A stretch of DNA of 64,000 nt from Candidatus Latescibacterota bacterium (lineage in GTDB: Bacteria; Latescibacterota; UBA2968; UBA8231): contig OZ244561.1 in NCBI GenBank assembly GCA_965217585.1, positions 6,784,001-6,848,000 on the forward strand. Reading direction: 5' to 3'. Within the stretch, counting starts at the first letter, position 1. Each line of letters starts with the position of its first letter. Shown piece after piece: positions 49,903-58,758 of the stretch. The position numbers and the translations under genes are program-made. Under the pieces are notes generated by a model. That model worked only from the letters and a program-made list of their open reading frames with translations. It was not told the DNA's origin and ran no database searches.

Positions 49903-49957
49903 CACGGCTTTCCGTGGATAGTCCACGATTTTTCGTGTCTTTCCACGACTTTCCGTG
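49903..49957. promoter_or_regulatory. Putative UAS: three phased CACG-N6-CGTG dyads
   Basis: Dyads start at 49903, 49924, 49944. Confidence 0.82.
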
Positions 49958-49965
49958 TTCGCCAC

Positions 49966-52900
49966 CTACGACTTCTTCGGTCGGCGCAACCCGTACTTCT
50001 GCATGCGGTAGCGCAGCTTCTCCGGGTTCATGTCCAACAAGCGCGCCGCACCCCGTTCGCCATAGATCATCCAGTTAGTCGCTTGCAGCGCTTCCACAAG
50101 CTGCTGCTTTTCGTCCAAGCCTTCGCCAGCCGCTGGCGCGGGTGGCACCACATCCCTGCGCCGTGCAGCCGACAGCAGCGGCAAATCGCCCGCGCGTATC
50201 ACCCCGCCCTCGCACAGCAAAACCGCTCGATTGATCAGATGCTCCAGCTCGCGCACATTCCCCGGCCAAGAGTACGCTTGCAAGTGTGCGACCACCCCCT
50301 CGTCTAGCGTCGGCACCGGCCGCCGCAGATGCTGGGCATACCGCTCCGCAAAATGCGCCGCCAAGGCTGGTATATCCTCTTGCCGCTGCCGCAGCGGCGG
50401 AAGCTCTAGCGTGAAAACGCTCAGGCGGTAGAACAGGTCTTCGCGGAACGTGCCCTCTTGGATGGCCTGCCGCAGGTCGCGGTTGGTCGCCGCGATAACC
50501 CGCACATCCACGCTCACAGGCTGTTGGCCGCCGACGCGGGTCAGGGCATTCTCCTCTAAGATGTGCAGCAGCACCCGCTGAGACTCCAACGGCAAATCGC
50601 CGATTTCGTCCAAAAAGAGCGTGCCGCTATCGGCCAGTTCAAAGCGCCCAAGTTGACGGCTAGCTGCGCCGGTAAAGGCCCCTTTCTCATGGCCGAACAA
50701 CTCGCTTTCGACCAATCCGGCGGGCAGCGCCCCGCAATTGACGCGGATAAAGGGCCGCTTGCGGCGGGTGCTTGTTTCGTGGATGGTCTGCGCGAGTAAG
50801 CCCTTACCCGTGCCGGTCTCTCCCAGCACCAGCACGGTCATCGCCGTCTCGGCGACCCGCACAGTCTGCTCCAACACCTGGCGCATGGACCAGCTCTGAC
50901 TATGTACGACGTGGTCGGTCGCTCGCAGTACGTTTTCGAGGGCGTGGATGCGTTCGGTTTTGGCGTCGGGGAGGATCTGAATCTCCACGCCGGCCACCTC
51001 GGACAGCAGGCCATCGCGGTCCATCGTCCGCACCTCAAAGCGGTACTCGCCCACTGGTAAGGCGCTGTATGCAACAGCATTGGCGGCTGCAAACGCGCTC
51101 CACGGTTCCGTCGGGCCGTGGCCTACCAAGCGATGGCTGTAGCGCATCTGTCCAGCACCAGTGCGGAAGCTGATGCCCTGGAAGTGAATGCGGATCTCAG
51201 GCGTGCTCTCTGGGCAGGATACGGCTTCGGGCGCGGCCAAGAGGGTACCGGCCATCACCTCGCGGATCACCAAGCGCGGCGGCGTGTGCCCTGGTTGGTA
51301 GGCGACCAGCCCCGCCCGCGTCCCAAACCAGAGCCGACCGCGACGGTCGCACAGGACGGCTTCGACCTTGTTTTCGAGGGCAGATGGCCCCAAGCGGATG
51401 CTTTGGAAGGTCTCGCCGTCGTAGCGGAGGACGCCGCCGCCGCTGGTGCCCATCCAAATATGGCCCTCCGAGTCGGCGGTCAGCGCCAAGATGCCATTAG
51501 CCGACAACCCGAACTGCTCGGCGGTAAAGTGGCGCACCTGCCGCGACGAGAGATCAAGGGCGAACAGCCCCTTGGCCGTGCCCACCCACAAGGTGTTTTT
51601 GTGTTCCCGCAAGACGTTGACATAGGCGATGGACTCCGCTTCGGCCATATCCGCCGGGCGCAAGTGCCCATCCTCGTAACAGTAGAGTGCCGGTACTACT
51701 CCGTATAAACCGATCCAGAATACTCCGTCTCGGTCTTGCAGCAGCGCTCCGACCCAGAATATCCCGTCTTGGTCTTGCAGCGCGGTGCCGCATTCATCAA
51801 GATGGATAAAGCGATTTTCCTCTATCCAGCCAAAGCGGCCATTGGACGTGCCGACCCAGATACGCCCTTGCTCATCTTCGCATAGCCCGGCGATTTCTTC
51901 GAGATGGGTCTCTTCGGGCACTGCGATCACTTGTGGTGTTTGGCCCTCCCACTTATATACTTTGCCCGCCCCCCCGCCGCTCCAGACCTGCCCCTGGCCA
52001 TCCACCACCATCGCCGAGATGGTTTCCCCCGTCTTGACCGGGCGGATTTGGCCCTCTTCCATACAGGCCATGCCCCCCATCGTGCCAATCCACATCCGAC
52101 CCTTATGGTCCTCTCCTAAGTGGCAAATCTCGCGGTCGGGCAAACCGTCGGCTTCCGTGTAGTGCCGGATACTAGTCGGGTCACAAAAAATCAATCCGCC
52201 GCCCCAAAGCCCGATCCAGATATTGCCCTCGCGGTCCTCGTATGTCAGACGCGTAGCCGAAAAGTCAATATCCGACAAAGAAGCAGAAAAGGGATGCCAC
52301 TCCTGCCCGTCGTGTACCATCACGCCCCGATGGGTCAGCCAGAGCCAGCCCCTCTCGTCAGCCCGCACATGCCGCGTCCCGTTCTGCGCCACTCCTTCGT
52401 CGCCCTTGCCCACGTTAATGCACGCAAGATGTTGGTCCCGTGGATCGTAGCGACCAATCAAGACCTCGCTACTAGTGAAATGGAAGGCGATCCACAGATG
52501 GCCGGAGGAGTCTTGGGCGAATTTCCAGGGCCATTGACTCACCCGGTTGCCAATACCCATGTGCTGCCCATCCAAGCTGATGACGCCTCGCCACGCCGCC
52601 AGCCAGGTAGTACCGCTCGCGTCGGTAGCCATATCGTACACTCGCCCCAACGGTTGGCCGCCAATATCGGTTATGCACTTTATGCAGCGGCCCTCGGCAA
52701 ACCACGCCACGCCCGCGCCGGTCAACGCCAAAATCGAGCCATCCGGCTGAGCTTGCAGACCCACGATCTCGTTGGAAGGCAGGCCGTGCTCGGTGGTGTA
52801 CACCTGAAAGCTGCGCCCATCGTAGGCGGCAATCCCCCCGCCGAACGTGCCGAACAAAAGCCGCCCGTCGGCTTCCTCGGCAATGGCCATGACCGTCAGA

Positions 52901-53091
52901 TTGGGCAGACCATCCTTGATGCCAAACGTATCAAACCGGGCACTGTCGAACCGGCTGACGCCGCCATCGGCCGTGGCGATCCAGAGAAAGCCGCGACGGT
53001 CTTGGTAGATGTCTTCCACATGCATCCCAGCCAGCCCATCAAAAACCGTGTACTGGCTGCTCAACACGTGCTCAAAGGAGATGTCGCTCAT
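49966..53091 (-). CDS. Sigma54-dependent EBP 3 (propeller + Y_Y_Y-like + AAA+ + HTH)
   Basis: Same architecture and motifs, including GAFTGA. Confidence 0.95.
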   Translation of the reverse strand: MSDISFEHVLSSQYTVFDGLAGMHVEDIYQDRRGFLWIATADGGVSRFDSARFDTFGIKDGLPNLTVMAIAEEADGRLLFGTFGGGIAAYDGRSFQVYTTEHGLPSNEIVGLQAQPDGSILALTGAGVAWFAEGRCIKCITDIGGQPLGRVYDMATDASGTTWLAAWRGVISLDGQHMGIGNRVSQWPWKFAQDSSGHLWIAFHFTSSEVLIGRYDPRDQHLACINVGKGDEGVAQNGTRHVRADERGWLWLTHRGVMVHDGQEWHPFSASLSDIDFSATRLTYEDREGNIWIGLWGGGLIFCDPTSIRHYTEADGLPDREICHLGEDHKGRMWIGTMGGMACMEEGQIRPVKTGETISAMVVDGQGQVWSGGGAGKVYKWEGQTPQVIAVPEETHLEEIAGLCEDEQGRIWVGTSNGRFGWIEENRFIHLDECGTALQDQDGIFWVGALLQDRDGVFWIGLYGVVPALYCYEDGHLRPADMAEAESIAYVNVLREHKNTLWVGTAKGLFALDLSSRQVRHFTAEQFGLSANGILALTADSEGHIWMGTSGGGVLRYDGETFQSIRLGPSALENKVEAVLCDRRGRLWFGTRAGLVAYQPGHTPPRLVIREVMAGTLLAAPEAVSCPESTPEIRIHFQGISFRTGAGQMRYSHRLVGHGPTEPWSAFAAANAVAYSALPVGEYRFEVRTMDRDGLLSEVAGVEIQILPDAKTERIHALENVLRATDHVVHSQSWSMRQVLEQTVRVAETAMTVLVLGETGTGKGLLAQTIHETSTRRKRPFIRVNCGALPAGLVESELFGHEKGAFTGAASRQLGRFELADSGTLFLDEIGDLPLESQRVLLHILEENALTRVGGQQPVSVDVRVIAATNRDLRQAIQEGTFREDLFYRLSVFTLELPPLRQRQEDIPALAAHFAERYAQHLRRPVPTLDEGVVAHLQAYSWPGNVRELEHLINRAVLLCEGGVIRAGDLPLLSAARRRDVVPPAPAAGEGLDEKQQLVEALQATNWMIYGERGAARLLDMNPEKLRYRMQKYGLRRPKKS

Positions 53092-53363
53092 ACGCGTCCT
53101 TCCGACGATTGGGAGATCCCGGCCTTTAATACAGGACCCATCCCTAAGATACGACTGCCGACGTCCTAAATCTGATCCTAAGCTAGGATTGCCTCAAGTT
53201 GAATTTCACCAGCAGCGCACGAGGGGACGGTACGATGCGCAGCTTCAGCCGTCAGCGCAAGGCTTTCCACGACTGTGCTGTGACCTACGACTTTTTCGGG
53301 TAGTGATTACTTTTGGATTTTGCGCTTGTGGACCGATAAGGCAGGATTGGTGCGGAAGGGCGC

Positions 53364-53391
53364 GTAGGAGCGGCTTGAGGACCGCCCCTAC
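53364..53391. repeat. GTAG-type REP-like imperfect palindrome
   Basis: GTAGGAGCGG-8nt-CCGCCCCTAC overlapping a stop codon; related to 1428-1457 and 62124-62160. Confidence 0.55.
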
Positions 53392-54389
53392 GGACGAGGC
53401 GAGATTAATGATTTGATCCGTCCCCACGACTGGGACTCGACGCTCGTCGCAGTAGTAGAAGGGACGACAGGTTGCCAAACGGGATACTCTCCGCCCAAAC
53501 CGTTGGTCAGATTGACCAAATTGCTCCCGTCTATATCGACAGCCCAAATCTCCCCCGTGTCGGGGTAATAGGAGTAAGAAGTGCCAGAACTGTTGAAAAT
53601 GGTGTATGAGGTGAAGGCTACCCTCGTGCTGTTGGGTGCCCAAGTAATGGGAAAAGCAGTAGAGGCCCAAGAATAGCCGACATCCACATCCCTAAAAAAG
53701 GAATCAACAGGTTGGCCGGACGGGAGCATGACCGTGACCTCGTCTGAACCGATCATAGCAGGTTCTTCACGGATCAGGATGAATAGATCCCGGCTCTCTT
53801 CGTCATCAGCTTGGCCCTCTTCGTCACCATGCAGCACGCCGACGTATGCCCGTTTGGTTTCGTCTGGAGAAAGATAGCGATGGTCCCAGAAGCGGCGGAT
53901 TATCAAAGCCGCCTCCCTCCATTCCACACCTCTCCATTCCACAAGTGAAGATCCGCTGCCGTCCGGTGCCACGGCGAACAGCTCAGAGCGATCCCACACA
54001 AAGTAGAAAATGCTTTGGCCGTCTTCAGACCAAAACAAGTCTTCTCCGCTATTAAGACCTATTTTTTTAATATGGTCTGTTAGCTGCTTTCGATTGCCGC
54101 CGTCGGCGTCCATCACCCAGATGTCCCTACCGGAATAATTCCTACGGGAATAATCGGCACCAACGTCGAGATAGGCGATCTTCGTGCCATCCGGAGACCA
54201 AATCGGGCTAGCGCAATACTGTCCTTGGGTTAGGTTCACGGGGTTGCTCCCGTCCGCATTCATAATCCACACGTCATTGTACCCCTCGCGATAGGAGAGA
54301 AATGCTATTTTACCGTCGGCTTGCCCCCAGCCTGAGACGGCCAGCCCCAGTGTTGCCAAGCAGACTATCAGTATGGATCGATAGTTCAT
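53388..54389 (-). CDS. Secreted TolB-like/PD40 propeller protein with SVESQSWGRIK tail
   Basis: Signal peptide; KIAFLS, VWIMNADGS, PIWSPDGTKIAY, IWAVDIDGSNL, PVWQP. Confidence 0.88.
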   Translation of the reverse strand: MNYRSILIVCLATLGLAVSGWGQADGKIAFLSYREGYNDVWIMNADGSNPVNLTQGQYCASPIWSPDGTKIAYLDVGADYSRRNYSGRDIWVMDADGGNRKQLTDHIKKIGLNSGEDLFWSEDGQSIFYFVWDRSELFAVAPDGSGSSLVEWRGVEWREAALIIRRFWDHRYLSPDETKRAYVGVLHGDEEGQADDEESRDLFILIREEPAMIGSDEVTVMLPSGQPVDSFFRDVDVGYSWASTAFPITWAPNSTRVAFTSYTIFNSSGTSYSYYPDTGEIWAVDIDGSNLVNLTNGLGGEYPVWQPVVPSTTATSVESQSWGRIKSLISPRP

Positions 54390-54437
54390 AACATGCCTCC
54401 TTGCATAAAGGCTATGAATAAGATGGTTAAAGGTATG

Positions 54438-55370
54438 TCATGGGACTGAAAGCAGCGATTTGATATGTCCCCACGACTGGGTTTCGACGCTCGTCGCAGC
54501 CGGGGTCGTCGGCTGCCAAGAGGGTTCGCGTCCACCTAAGCCGTTGGTCAATTCGACCAAGTTGCTCCCGTCTATATCAACAACCCAAACCTCCTTGTCC
54601 CCTTGCTCGCTAGCGGCAGAGAAGGCGATTCTCATGCTGTCAGGCGACCAAGTAGTTGGGTCAGCTATTCTCTCCCAGCCGGGTTCAAGTTCAGCTTGTT
54701 GATAGGGTAGATCGGGAAGGAGAATCTCCGAGAAATCTTCTATCTGTTTAGAAGGCTGCGGCCCCTTACTGGGAGCGAAGCTAACTAGGCGTAGGTAGGC
54801 ATTGCCCTCGTCGTCCTGCAACACGACTTCTGCTCGTTTGGTTCCGTCTGGAGAACGACCGCGATTATCGAGGAAACGGCGGACTATCCCAGCCCCTTCC
54901 TTCCAATCCACGGGTGAGGAGCCACTGCCGTCCAACTCCACCACGAACAGTTGTTCATTGCGGGACCTCCTATAGTAGTAAATGCGACTCCCGTCTTCAG
55001 CCCAAAAGAACTCCCCATGTCCGGGATCTACTAGATATCCCACTTGTTGCGGATTGCCGCCGTCGGCGTCCATCACCCAGATGGCACCTTGGGAATAATC
55101 GACCCAGATGACACCATCGGAATCGAAATAATCGTCAAAGGCGAGATAGGCGATCTTCGTGCCATCCGGTGACCAAGCCAAGTTAACGCAATGCCGATGC
55201 CGGCCTTGGGTTAAGTTGACGGGGGCGCTCCCATCCGCATTCATAATCCAAACGTCGGAAGGTCTCTCACGATAGGAGAGAAATGCTATTTTACCGTCGG
55301 CTTGCCCCCAGCCAGCGACGGCTAGCCCCAGCGTTGCCAAGTAGGCGATCAGTAGGGATCGATAGCTCAT
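54438..55370 (-). CDS. Secreted TolB-like/PD40 protein with SVETQSWGHIK tail
   Basis: Same motifs; start MSYRSLL after AAGGAG. Confidence 0.88.
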   Translation of the reverse strand: MSYRSLLIAYLATLGLAVAGWGQADGKIAFLSYRERPSDVWIMNADGSAPVNLTQGRHRHCVNLAWSPDGTKIAYLAFDDYFDSDGVIWVDYSQGAIWVMDADGGNPQQVGYLVDPGHGEFFWAEDGSRIYYYRRSRNEQLFVVELDGSGSSPVDWKEGAGIVRRFLDNRGRSPDGTKRAEVVLQDDEGNAYLRLVSFAPSKGPQPSKQIEDFSEILLPDLPYQQAELEPGWERIADPTTWSPDSMRIAFSAASEQGDKEVWVVDIDGSNLVELTNGLGGREPSWQPTTPAATSVETQSWGHIKSLLSVP

Positions 55371-55435
55371 AACGTAGCTCCTTTCATATATGGATTCATC
55401 GGTCTTTCCTTTTAACAACTAAAAAACCTCTCTCC

Positions 55436-57417
55436 TTATGGGAGCCTGGTCGTCTTTTTCGCTTCCACCTGTCCGGCCACCTCGACCCGATAGATATACA
55501 CTCCGGCGGCTACTGCCTTCCCCGCCGCGTCGCGGCCATTCCACACAAACCGATGGCTACCCGCCTGAAGCGGCCCCTGCCACAACTGCCGCACCCGACG
55601 ACCCAACACGTCGTAGAGTGTCAAGGAGACCTGCTTTTGGTCTGTCGCCAAATCGAGGGGAATCACCATTGTGGGATTGAACGGATTGGGATAGCTGTCG
55701 CCGAGCCGATACTGGGCCGGTCGAACTGTCGTCGGCGTCTGCACTGCCGTCGGCTGCTCGCTCAGCGAACTCTTGAGCACATACACCCCGCCCAAGATCG
55801 GATCTAACACGACCAAGTCGAGATCGCCGTCGCTATCCATATCCCCGGAGAGTACATGTGTACCACTTCCTGGCAGACGATGCCGCTCCCCTTGTTGGGT
55901 AGGATGGACACCCCCACCCCACTCGACGAACACCCCAAAGCCCGAAGCGCGATCTCCGCCAATAAACACCCAGTCCTCAACCCCATCGGCGTTTAGATCA
56001 CGCACCATCACCGACGAGCGGAGGAACAGCCGATCATCATATAATACCTCCGCGACTTCTAGGCCGCCTCCGGCGCTCTTCTTCAAGACCAGCCCCCTGC
56101 GATCTTCAAATGGATCGCGTGTGAACTCTGTGACGAAATCCATCTGCCCATCGCCGTCAAAATCTACCATTTCTTCGCCTCCCACAATCAGCGTGTTCGG
56201 CCACAATATGTCTAGTAATGACCCTTCGCCGATAAGGTCGTCGATCTCCACCTCCTCGTAAGTCCATACGCCCTGTTCTATATACCATACTTCGCCTTCT
56301 CCAGAAGCAATATCTTCTACATATAATTCACCCCGGCCGTCGTCATTCCAATCAACCACAGCCACGAGCCAGCTATCCTCGATCTGTACCAACACCTCGA
56401 CTTGGAGTTCCGGCCCGATAGACCAAACTTCTATCATCTCCTCCTCCTCCCCATCCCAGCGGGGATATCTCACGATTTCGTCTCGGCCATCGCCGGTCAA
56501 ATCAGCACCTACCACACCTAAGTATGACCTATGGACCACTGTTAAGAAGTCGCCTGTGGCCTCTACCTCTATAGGCCCCAGTTCCAAGGCACCTTGTCCG
56601 TCATTGAGTGCCATCAGCCATCCAGCTTTATGCTCAGACGTCCCCCGGGTATAATCTGTGTGATAAAAGAAGGCGAAAAGGTCTAGGTCGCCATCTCCAT
56701 CCAAATCCATCAAGGCACCAGCCACATCACTCGCCAATTCTCCCCCGATACCCCGCGCAATCGGATAGAAAACCGGCGGGGCAAAAAGTCCGGCCCGATC
56801 AAAGCGAAAATACTCTACGGGTGGCGGAGGCAGTTCTCCCTGTGCGAGCTCTTCCTCACCGGTCACTCAATCCAGTCGATCTCAAGCCATTCGACCATCT
56901 CTGCCGACGGGCCTCTTGAAAAACTGAGCTGAATATCTTTTAACCAGCCCTCCCAATTGTCTTGACCCGCCAACGAGAACATTACTTCCTGCCACTCGGG
57001 GGAGATATCGACTGTTTCTCCGGAGGAGATTGACCGGTCGCTAGGTAGCTGTTCCGAATCCCCCATGTTGTGCTCGTTAGTCCACTCCATCCAAAAACCA
57101 CCATGAACGACCGTAGAGACGATGCGGAACCGGATGCGGACTTGGTCGAACAGACCCGAATCGTACCCAATGGTAGGAGAAACCAATTCGACACTCGGCC
57201 AAGGGTAGAAACTCTTGGTGACGGAGGGCGCGACCGCAATCCTCCACACGCCCGCTTCGACCTCCCCTGGAAACAGGTGGGTTTCACGCGTACCACCCGA
57301 CAAAAAAGCTTCTCTGGCAGACCACCCTTGCGTCGTCCCGTCGTCGAACTCCCAAGTGATCGCCGCGACAGGACCGCTCCATAGTATCACGCATACAACA
57401 ACGGAGAACTTCGACAT
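55436..57417 (-). pseudogene. FG-GAP/CTD gene split by a 1-nt deletion at ~56864
   Basis: Paralogs read GAG-TTG-ACC (E-L-T); here GAG-TGA-CC gives a stop exactly after IDWIE; downstream ORF 55436-56866 holds propeller and CTD. Confidence 0.8.
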
Positions 57418-57471
57418 GACATCCCCTCCATAGAGAACATTCCGGTAAGACTGCGTAGTTGGCCCCACCCC

Positions 57472-57574
57472 TCAAGGCAACTTGGTCGTCTTCTTGGTTT
57501 CCGCTCGCCCATCTACCTCAAAGCGATAGAGATATACTCCGGCTACCACCCCCTTGCCGACCTCGTCGCAGCCA
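57472..57574 (-). pseudogene. Degenerate remnant of a CTD 3' end
   Basis: Resembles GRDEVGKGVxxGVYLYRxEVDGRAETKKTTKLP* directly after the TolB-like gene stop. Confidence 0.72.
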
Positions 57575-58534
57575 TTAACGAGTACCTGTTGAAAGCAGCG
57601 CTTTGATCTGTCCCCACGACTGAACCTCGACGCTCGTCGCAGTAGCAGAAGGGGAAACTGGTTGCCAAGCGGGATTAGCTCCGTCCAAACCGTTGGTCAG
57701 ATTGACCAAGTTGCTCCCGTCTATATCAACAACCCAAACTCCCATGTACCCTTGCTCGTTATTGGCAGTGAAGGCGATTCTCATGCTGTCAGGCGACCAA
57801 GTAGGGTGGAGATCCACTTTAGACCAGCCGGGTTCAAGTTCAGCTTGTTGATAGGGTAGATCGGGAAGGGGAACATCCCATAAATCTTCTATCTGGTCAG
57901 AAGGCTGTGGCCCCTCAGTGGGAGCGAAGATAACTAGGCGTAGGTAGGCATTGCCCTCGTCGTCCTGCAACACGACACTTGCTCGTTTGGTTCCGTCTGG
58001 AGAGCGACCGCGATCGAGGAAACGGCGGACTATCCCAGCCGCCTCCCTCCAGTCCACGGGTGAAGAGCCACTGCCGTCCAGTGCCACAACGAACAGTTCA
58101 TAGCGGGGATACTGCACGTAGTAGTAAATGCTACTTCCGTCTTCAGCCCAAAAAAGCTCCTCAGATCTGGGCGGTGTTAGAGATGCCACAGATCTGGGCG
58201 GTGTTAGAGATGCCACTGGTTGCGGATTGCCGCCATCGGCGTCCATCACCCAGATATCGGCAACGGAATAATCGACCCAGGCGGAATCGAGATCGACACT
58301 AAAGGCGAAATAGGCGATCTTCGTGCCATCCGGAGACCAAACCAAGTCAACGCAATAAGCATGCCGGCCTTGGGTTAAGTTGACGGGGTCGCCCCCATCC
58401 GCATTCATAATCCACACGTCATTGTTCCCCTCGCGCCACGAGGTAAATGCGATTTTACCGTCGGTTTGCCCCCAGCTAGCGATGGCTAGCCCCAGCGTTG
58501 CCAAGCAGACGAGCAGTAGGGAGCGATAGTTCAT
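57575..58534 (-). CDS. Secreted TolB-like/PD40 protein with SVEVQSWGQIK tail; paralog of 54438-55370
   Basis: Same motifs; first gene after promoter 4. Confidence 0.88.
   Translation of the reverse strand: MNYRSLLLVCLATLGLAIASWGQTDGKIAFTSWREGNNDVWIMNADGGDPVNLTQGRHAYCVDLVWSPDGTKIAYFAFSVDLDSAWVDYSVADIWVMDADGGNPQPVASLTPPRSVASLTPPRSEELFWAEDGSSIYYYVQYPRYELFVVALDGSGSSPVDWREAAGIVRRFLDRGRSPDGTKRASVVLQDDEGNAYLRLVIFAPTEGPQPSDQIEDLWDVPLPDLPYQQAELEPGWSKVDLHPTWSPDSMRIAFTANNEQGYMGVWVVDIDGSNLVNLTNGLDGANPAWQPVSPSATATSVEVQSWGQIKALLSTGTR
58162..58216. repeat. Exact 27-bp in-frame tandem duplication (VASLTPPRS x2)
   Basis: CAGATCTGGGCGGTGTTAGAGATGCCA twice. Confidence 0.9.
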
Positions 58535-58577
58535 AACGTGCCTCCTTGCATAAGAGATCTATTCTATAATTATGATA

Positions 58578-58594
58578 TGCACATTTCGTGCCAA
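58578..58594 (-). promoter_or_regulatory. Sigma54 (-24/-12) promoter 4
   Basis: Minus strand TTGGCACG-AAAT-GTGCA. Confidence 0.88.
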
Positions 58595-58614
58595 AAACTC
58601 GAGCACCGACAAAA

Positions 58615-58641
58615 AATCCTTTAGGAATACCCTAAAGGATT
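58615..58641. promoter_or_regulatory. Conserved palindromic site, copy 4
   Basis: AATCCTTTAGG-AATAC-CCTAAAGGATT. Confidence 0.8.
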
Positions 58642-58715
58642 GAAAAATATAATACTTGAAATATGAAACGAGTCTTTTTACGAAGTGCAGCCTCAGCCGT
58701 CGGCGCAAGGTTTTA

Positions 58716-58750
58716 CACGATTTTTCGTGCAATCTGAACGATTTTTCGTG
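58716..58750. promoter_or_regulatory. Putative UAS: two phased (C/A)ACG-N6-CGTG dyads
   Basis: CACGATTTTTCGTG and AACGATTTTTCGTG, 21 bp apart. Confidence 0.8.
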
Positions 58751-58758
58751 TTGGCCGC

